Assembly: GCA_002269645.1 (NCBI GenBank)
Contig: NIVC01001134.1
Coordinates: forward strand, 248,001 to 312,000
Source of the DNA: Macrostomum lignano
Taxonomy: Eukaryota
Direction: 5' to 3'
DNA: 64,000 nt
Within the stretch, counting starts at the first letter, position 1. Each line of letters starts with the position of its first letter. A program made the position numbers and the translations under genes. The notes under the pieces are model-generated. The model was not told the DNA's origin. It searched no databases and saw only the letters and a list, made by a program, of their open reading frames with translations. This document shows positions 1 to 9,000 of the stretch, piece after piece.

Positions 1-49
1 TAATTGAGAATCTCTATCAGCTTCAGCGACAGGATATTTTTCAGGAGCT

Positions 50-3000
50 TCAGAGCTGCTGAAATTCTGCCAGCATGGCGTCCATCTCTTGCTTGAGAGC
101 CGAGGTGCGCTGCTTCTCCTCGATCAACTTCTCTGCAAGCGGGGGCGCAGGCAAGGAGAGCGAATGTTTTAGTTTGGGGCCAAGTCACGTCAAAATTATT
201 CAAGCATGCGTCTCAAGCTGTCCGGTCTTTTCATTCTTATTTGACACCCAGAAATTCGAACAGTGTGGTGGGGAGCCACCAAACTGCTACAATAAAACCA
301 AGCGGGTGTTAGGAAGCCCCGAATCGCATGGCCGTAGAGAGCCCCATAATTGACATCGAATCGGCTGAGTGGAAATAAAGAGCCCTAAAAATCAAATTAG
401 GGTCAGCACGGTGGGAATCCTTCAGAACTGCACAGAGTGCGTTAAAAACGCAGACCAGAACTCACAATGGAATAAGGGAGCCACAAACTGGATCCCATAA
501 GATACCTGAGTCCAGAACCTAAAAGGGACGTAGAGAGCCCAGAAACTATTAGGGTTGTGGTAGCCCCATAGGCCATAATATACGTAGCTAGCCCCAAAAC
601 CCGCAAGGGACGTACAGAGCCCAAAAACCACATGACGTAGGGAGCCCCAAAATGCCCCGAGCACTCACAAAAATCGCAACCCCCCCAGAAACTGAAAGGT
701 GTGGGTTGCACCATAAAGCATAAAATTCGTAGGTAGCCCACAACCCATAAAGGACGCTTAGAGCCCAAAAACCACATAACGTAGGGAACCCCATACCGCC
801 GCCTAGAACTGGGGTACAATGAAAAACCGGAAGCTATATAAAAATGCAAGTTAGTAACAGAAAATTTTCACCGCCAACATGCAAACCACAGAGCAGTGTT
901 AAAAAATGATAGTTTTTAGCCGAAGGCAAATTAAAAGTGCTTAGGATCACCGGTATCTCATGGCAGACAAAAATAAATACTAAAATCTAAAACTAACACC
1001 GACACTAAAGCAAACTACTATATATATATGTAATTTAGCAACCTTCCGCCAAGTCTCTTTCGCGCCTCATCACGAGCAACTCTCGTTCCGCTTGCTCCAT
1101 ACGAAATACGCACTTGAAATAATAAGCCATTAAAATCATTACTTCGATTGATAGGCATTAATGATGATTAAGATTAAGCAGGTAATTATTGCAGCTAATT
1201 TAGATCGAAAGAATCATTATAAACTGTGTTGATTAACTAAATCGGCAATAGTGTTGGTTATTAAAGGAATTAAAAGTGCCGTGGCTACAATACAACATTG
1301 AATATTACTAATGAGTAGTAACTACTGCGTTTCTACTGCATTTTACCTTCCACCTTCTCCAATTCTTTCTGGCGTTTGGCCGCCTCTCGTTCAACATTTT
1401 CAGCCCTCTCGGTGGCCTGGCAGAGCCAAAAAATAAACAAAATTCGGATGAATTGAGGACAGCACGGCAAACCAGCAAGCAAAACATCCTGGATACGCTG
1501 CGTCACCGACGGCGAATATTAAATATACAAACTACTATAATACTGAAAATATAGACAGACGACTGGGATTCTGTGAGCATCATAAATCATAGTCAAAGTA
1601 CTACACAAACAATAAAACATTGATTTCAGGCACACAGGCTCAGTCAGGCTCAAGCGCGTACCCTCGAGACGGTCCACTTCGCTCTGCAGCTTCGACACCT
1701 GGCGCTCCGCCTCCTGGGCCCTCTGCTCCGCCTGGGTCACCGGGGTCAAGGGGGGGCACAAGATAGGTCAGAGACAGACAGAATCTAGCGTCAGGCTAGT
1801 AAGAGAACAGAATACAGAACGATATGATGGCAAGGGAACGAAGAAAGATAGAAACACGTAGATAGAAAGATGCTGTCAAGCTAGGTCAAGGTCAAGAGTT
1901 CAATAAAAGGTCAAATTGGTTAAGGTTAAAGATCAATTGAAGGTCAAGCTAGTTGAGGTCAAAGGTCAATAAAAGGTCAAGCTGGGTGAGGTCAAAGGTC
2001 AATAAAAGGTCAAGCTGGGTGAAGTCAAAGGTCAAAAGTCAGGTCAGGGATCAAGAGTTCAAACCAGGGTCATGCACTGTGTAGGCCTAGGGTCAAGCCA
2101 AGCGAGGTCAAAGGTCAAGCTACATGTACGCCAAAACAAAGTAAACAGGCATGCGCAGGCAAATTCTCAGTCATCAGCTACGCTGAAACAATACATGTTG
2201 CTAAAATTCATAAATTATATCGTAGATCTTGTAAGAGAAAAAGTGATAAATGCAGTTATTTTACCTGTTTCAGCCTGTCCGTGAGGTTTCTCATCTGGAT
2301 TTCGTAGGACTCCTCTCTGTCAACTGACTGCAAGAAACAAACGAACGATGCGGGTTGGAGGAGGCACGTGCTCAAGCGGAGATTCTCAGCAACCGGACTG
2401 GCGCAGACTGGCACTAACAAAATCTGCTTTCGTATTTTTAATAAAAAATTTCACACCAACCTGTCAGCATGCGGGTTGCAAGCAAACTCGGGAAATTTAC
2501 GCAGGCAAAAAAACGACAGGAAAAAACTCGATGCAAGATGAGCTGACAGCAGAGTGAACAGAAATCGTCTTGATTGAATAGACAGCAGGAATGAATCAAA
2601 TTTCAGCAGTAGAAACTCGATAGCCATTGATATTGTAATATGAAAAGTTCATACAGTTTCTGTACGACTAATTGGCAGTGACGGATTCAGATCAGCTGTT
2701 AGGAAAACTCGTGTCCAAGACCATTAGTTCATCAGGCTTAGCTCTCAGACCCTGTTTGCCATTCGGGTCAATAAGTTCTTTCAATAAGGTTTACCCTTCA
2801 GGTCCTTTAGATGTATCTATAAGTTCCTTCAGGTATAACCTTCAGGTCTGTATGCTACAGGTCCTTCAGGTTTATCCTTCAGGTCTGTACGCTTCAGGTC
2901 CTTTAGGTTTACATTTCAGGTCTGTACGCTTCAGGTTTACCCTTCAGGTCTGTACGCTACAGGTCCTTCAGGTTTACCCTTCAGGTTTGTACGCTTCAGG

Positions 3001-6000
3001 TCCTTCAGGTTTACCCTTCAGGTCTGTACGCTTCAGGTCTACCCTTCAGGTCTGTACGCTACGCTTCAGGTCCAAGGTTTGTACACTTTAGGTCCTTTCG
3101 GTTAACTCTTTAGATGCTTCAGGTTTTGTAAGGCCTTTGAGGTAATCTTTCTACTGGACTTTAAACTACTTTTATAGAGTAAAATTTCTCTAGTGCAACA
3201 TTGCCCATAGGAGTTGGAGAGCCAGCAGCTCCTGGATCCGCCACTGCCACACTAAAAGTACACAATGAACTGCATAAGCCACAGGCCCGACGGCCCGGCC
3301 GCTTACAGCCTTGAGCCGGTCTGTGAGCTCCCGGATGGTCTCCTCGTAGGACTCCTCGCGCTGGGCCGCCTCCTGCTCGGAGACCTCGAGCGACTTCATG
3401 TTGCTTCCGACAACGCGCAGCTCCTCCTCCAGCTCCAGAATTTTGCTACAGTTGTCGGTTTGCTGCTTTTAGCGTTGCTGGCTGACGGGTTATTATGCAT
3501 GGATGCGACGGGACTGGGCAGGTGGGTAAGCGGGACCTCGAGAAGGTCAATGAAGGTCAATGGGTTACGTAGATCGTAGGAGTAACTTAGACCACAAGGT
3601 TCAAGTGAATCATAAGGGTAGCCCCAGGTTGAAGGGCCACGTAGGTCATAAATTCAAAATCATAGGTCATGTGGTCATAAGAAAGTGGGGTCATATGGTC
3701 AAAAAATCATGGGCATGGGTTCATAAGGTCATAAGGTATAGGCTCATAAGGTTACGGGGTCATAATATAATTGGGTCATAAGGCTATAGGGTCATAGTTT
3801 CATGAGGTCATAAGTGTCATAGGTTCATAGGATCATAGGGTCATGGGTCATAGGTTCATGGGTTTATGGGGTCATAGGTTCATAGGGTCATGAGGTCATA
3901 AGGCCCTGGGATCATAAGGTGATAGGGTCAAATGATTTCACGCAATGCTAACACGCACATGTGAGCAACAGCAAAAAAAAATTACACCAAAGAGAAGCGA
4001 GAACAGCAAAAAAGGGCACAAATCCCAGAAAATGCAAAAGTGCCGGGGACAAGCGAAAAAGAAAACGCGCGCATGCTGACAGGTGAGTAAATTTTAGTAA
4101 ACAAATAAGAACCAATCATACTCATCAATAAGTTTTGACAGTGCGTCCATAGGGTTGCGTCGATTTTTTTCACCTAAGATTATAATAAATGCTAGAACCC
4201 TTCTTAAACTATAAGAGTATACGCTCGTAATAGTAGAACTAGATAAGATCAACGCTACTCATAGTAGTAGACCGTCTAGAATGAGAACATATCCATATTT
4301 CTGTTCACCTGGGCCTCGCTGGCCTCCAGCGATCGGAGGCTGTGGCCAAGGCGCTGCAGCTCCTCCTGCAGCTCCTTGGCGCGCCGCTCGCTAGCCTCGG
4401 CGCGGGATTCGGCGCGCTCGAGCTCGGACTCCGTCATGCGCTGCTTACGGCTCACCTGACGCCGGAACCGGATGTGGTTCGAACATTTCGTTACTCAGGG
4501 GGTCAATGTACTAATTAGAGGAAGTTTTATTGAAGGCTCAGTTTTGCTACACAGCACACAGCAGCGCGAGACTCGATGGCTTGTGAACAAGCGGAGTTTG
4601 TTCATAATACAATAAAGTTAGAAGGTCATGGAATACCGGTAATTGGGTCATAAGGTCACGGGTTATTCGGTCATAAGATCATGGAGTCAGTCATAAGGTC
4701 ATAAGGTCACTGAGTCAGTAGGTCATACTCATAAGGACAAGGAGTCATTGGGTTGGGTCATAAGTTCATGGAGTCAAAAGGTCATAAGGACACGGGGGTC
4801 ATTGGGTCATAAACTCATGGAGTCATTGGGTTAAAATTTCATGGAATCATTTGGTCATAAGGTCACGGAGTAATTGGGTCACAAGTTCATAGAGTCAATA
4901 GGTTATTAGGTCAAAATATTCAGACAAATGAATGGAATATTCAGTATATGAATATTTTCTACTAATTTTTTTTCTACTAATATTTTCTACTAACATGAAA
5001 ATTTTATCTCGCGAATGCATTACTGAACAAAATTGAGCCTTCAAAACATTTTTATCTAACAACTAGTGGTCATTGACATTACTTTTGTTATCTAAGCCAG
5101 ACTTCTTAAGTCAACTTTAGAAATCTAGCAACCAAAAGTGGCCAAAATTAACTACAAAACCCATTTAAATTGGACTTGCTATAGTAACAGTAACTAGTCT
5201 CCAGTTGACTTCATCAACTTAAGCGCAGAGTGCCAAGAGATACACACCAAATATACACAGCATTAGCATTCGCGCTGCACACAACTACAACGCAAGCCGC
5301 ATACCAAAACACAACGGAGAAAATGCAGACGCATAAGTTAGTATCAATAGCAGTCGCGCCAGACCAGAAGGCCCGACTGTGTTGCCAGCAAGGCAGGAGG
5401 CGGGAAACTGCGCAGCGCACACGCTGACACCCCGCCCGCCCCCTTCACTGGCCCGCATCTTGGACCAGAACCCAAACTCTCACTGTGCGTAGGCAAGCAC
5501 GCAGGCTCTGGCTGATGTTAATACATGAGAAATTCTAACGAAATTCTATTTCCGTACGTTTAAGTTACTGTTTGTTTGATTGGCGACCACGCTATTAGAC
5601 CGAAAACATCCTTTAAATAAAGCATTTAGCATAGGCGATTTCAGATCCAACTAGACCTGTCTACTGCGTGTCACAATCGATCTAAAACCTTCGTTATCTA
5701 AATTTAGCAATGAAACCTACCCCTCTCAGCCCCTACCTCACTCCACACTGAACAGCAACCCTCAATTTTCCTACCCCTCCCCAGCCCTACCTCACTCCGA
5801 ACTGGACAGCGACCCTCAATTTTCCTACCCCTCCCCAGCCCCACCTCACTCCGAACTGGACAGCGACCCTCAATTTTCCTACCCCTCCCCAGCCCCACCT
5901 CACTCCGAACTGGACAGCGACCCTCAATTTTCCTACCCCTCCCCAGCCCCACCTCACTCCGAACTGGACAGCGACCCTCAATTTTCCTACCCCTCCCCAG

Positions 6001-9000
6001 CCCCACCTCACTCCGAACTGGACAGCGACCCTCAATTTTCCTACCCCTCCCCAGCCCCACCTCACTCCGAACTGGACAGCGACCCTCAATTTTCCTACCC
6101 CTCCCCAGCCCCACCTCACTCCGAACTGGACAGCGACCCTCAATTTTCCTACCCCTCCCCAGCCCCACCTCACTCCGAACTGGACAGCGACCCTCAATTT
6201 TCCTACCCCTCCCCAGCCCCACCTCACTCCGAACTGGACAGCGACCCTCAATTTTCCTACCCCTCCCCAGCCCCACCTCACTCCGAACTGGACAGCGACC
6301 CTCAATTTTCCTACCCCTCCCCAGCCCCCACCTCACTCCAAACTTAACAACCATATCTTAATTTTCCTACCCCTCCTCAGCCCTCACCTCGCTCCCCATT
6401 GAACAGCCACCCCTCAATTGTACAACCCCTACAAGCCCAACCTCACTGAATCAATAACAGCCAAATTTCTAGCATGCAAACACAGCAAAATCATGCAGGT
6501 AATCAATGCCATGAGACAAAGTCGCACAGCCTTCTTCAATCCAATTCAGTCTCATCGCAATTTCCAGTCTAAAAAACCTTTCGGCAGTCTCCAGCCGAGA
6601 GTCGACCCGACCAAGGTCAACCTCGGAGATGGCCAGCCTGCGGGCGGCCTCGTCGTACTTTCTGTCAGCATCTTCGGCGATGAACTTGGCCTCTTTCAGC
6701 TGCTCTTCGAGCGAGCTGAGCCGCTCATCGGTAGCGAAAGAGGCGGTCTCCAGCAGCTTGCGGGCGCTGGACAGTCAGTTTGATTTGAATCAGTCAGTCA
6801 GCCAATTTTTTCAGTTCAATGCGACTCGCACAGTCATTCAAGCGTCACTTGGACGAAATGAGAAAAAAATCAGCAACGCTTAAGTCAAACGACCCCAAGA
6901 CAGCGAAAAAAGTAAAATTAGCCTTAAAAGAACGCCTACTGAAAACCTGGAGTCGGGGTGGAAAATTATCGAACAAACAATTGGCGGCCGCTACCTCCTC
7001 AAATTTCCGTTCGGCCTCGGCGGCGGCCTGCATTGAGTCCCGGTACCGCTGCTCGTGCTCGGCCGCTTCTATCTCCACCTTGCTGAGATTGGTCTCCATC
7101 ACCTTGCGAGACCTTGACGACAATGATGGTGGCAAAATGCTAAAATTTACTCCTGTTGGGCTCAATTTTGCCTAGATTGTTCAATAGGGGCTCAAAATGC
7201 TTCGGGGAGAAGCATGCGCGCATGCAAAAGGCACTAAAGTGCACAAGGCACTAAAGTGCACAAGGCACTAAAGTGCACAAGGCACTAAAGTGCACAAGGC
7301 ACTAAAGTGCACAAGGCACTAAAGTGCACAAGGCACTAAAGTGCACAAGGCACTAAAGTGCACAAGGCACTATATTTTTGTAAACGAAAGCAACTTAGAC
7401 TCTTATACAAAATCTAAAAAGTTAAATTCATAACGAGATGCAATGAAAAACAAGATTTTTTACGAAATAAGAGGTAAACAGGTTCGACTAAAACTGGTAG
7501 GACTACTAGGTGTTGTTATTAATTTTACTATAATTAGAAAATGCTAAACGTTGCATACAAAGTAGTGTTTCCTAAATCTTCTTTTCAATCTTTAACCAGT
7601 TTGTCTGCCAACTCTTTGCCAGGCTCCATATGGATGGATCAGCACAGGCAGATAAAATTGCAAAGCAAAAACTTGTGCTTACAGTTACTAGGGGCGCCAA
7701 AGTTGCTGTGGGGCCGTGGGGGGGGGGGGCGCCAAGGCCAAAGCTGCTGATAGGGAGGGGGCGCCAAAGCTGCTGATAGGGAGGGGCGCCAAAGCTGCTG
7801 ATAGGGAGGGGGCGCCAAAGCTGCTGATAGGGAGGGGCGCCAAAGCTGCTGATAGGGAGGGGGCGCCAAAGCTGCTGATAGGGAGGGGCGCCAAAGCTGC
7901 TGATAGGAAGGGGCGCCAAAGCTGCTGATAGGGAGGGGGCGCCAAAGCTGCTGATAGGGAGGGGGCGCCAAAGCTGCTGATAGGGAGGGGCGCCAAAGCT
8001 GCTGTGAGGGGGCGCCAAGGCCAAAGCTGCTGATAGGGAGGGGGCGCCAAAGCTGCTGATAGGGAGGGGCGCCAAAGCTACTGCTGTGAGCAACTCTATC
8101 TGCCCTATCGTGCCAAACTATAGCATTCAGAGCTCAAAGCAATGGCCAAGCTCTCACCGCTCGCTCTCATCAGCCAGTTTGCTGGCCTGCTCAAGCTTCG
8201 ATGTGACCTCCTGCCGCCTGCTCTCGGTCTGCTCCAGGTCCTCCTCTAGCAGTCGGATTCGCCTGGTCAGAGCCTGCACCTCAGCCTCGGCCTGAGGTGG
8301 CAAAATTACATAGTGAATTAATGGATAAAACTATTGCTTGAATTGAACTTTGAACTTTCGTAAAGCTGCTAAAGCTGGTCAACTCAATGGAAAAAGTTAG
8401 GAAAGGCCAGGACCCAACTCTAACTCATAAATAATTTCTGCAACTTAACAATGCAAAAGTTAGTTTGATTGCCAATACTTTAATCAAGTTGAGTTTTTAT
8501 CAAGTAGAATTGATATTAATATATAAATGATCCTAAGATTAGGACTCATATTCAAATATAGTTAATAAAGCCTATCAATTTGATAATTCTTAAAAAATTG
8601 CCCTTGCTATAGAAAAATTTATATAGCTACTCATTTAAAAATCAAGGGCATTGAAATATATATTAAGACCACTGTACTGTGGCTTCCGATTCCACGCCAT
8701 ATATTGTCTGTAAAACATAATGGAAATGGAAGCTCTCTTACCCTTATTAAAATTAATTTTTAGTGCCACACCCCCTTACCTTTGGTTTATGATCCTTTTC
8801 ACATCTGCACTCCATTGAAATGATTGCAAACCAAAGCTGGCAATACCTTTCTGCTTCATGGACTTTCAATTTTGCATATTTTTTCATTAGTCAGTTTTGA
8901 ACACAAATGAGTAGCAGTTTGAGTATTTGACATATTTTTCTTTAGCCAGCTTTGGTTTACAATAATTTAATGAGAAACATACATTTGGGTGATCATAAAG

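Noticed and set aside
5215-5460. GC-box-rich stretch in a tropomyosin intron as an internal promoter or extra exon
   Set aside because: No coiled-coil reading frame or usable donor; GC boxes alone are insufficient.
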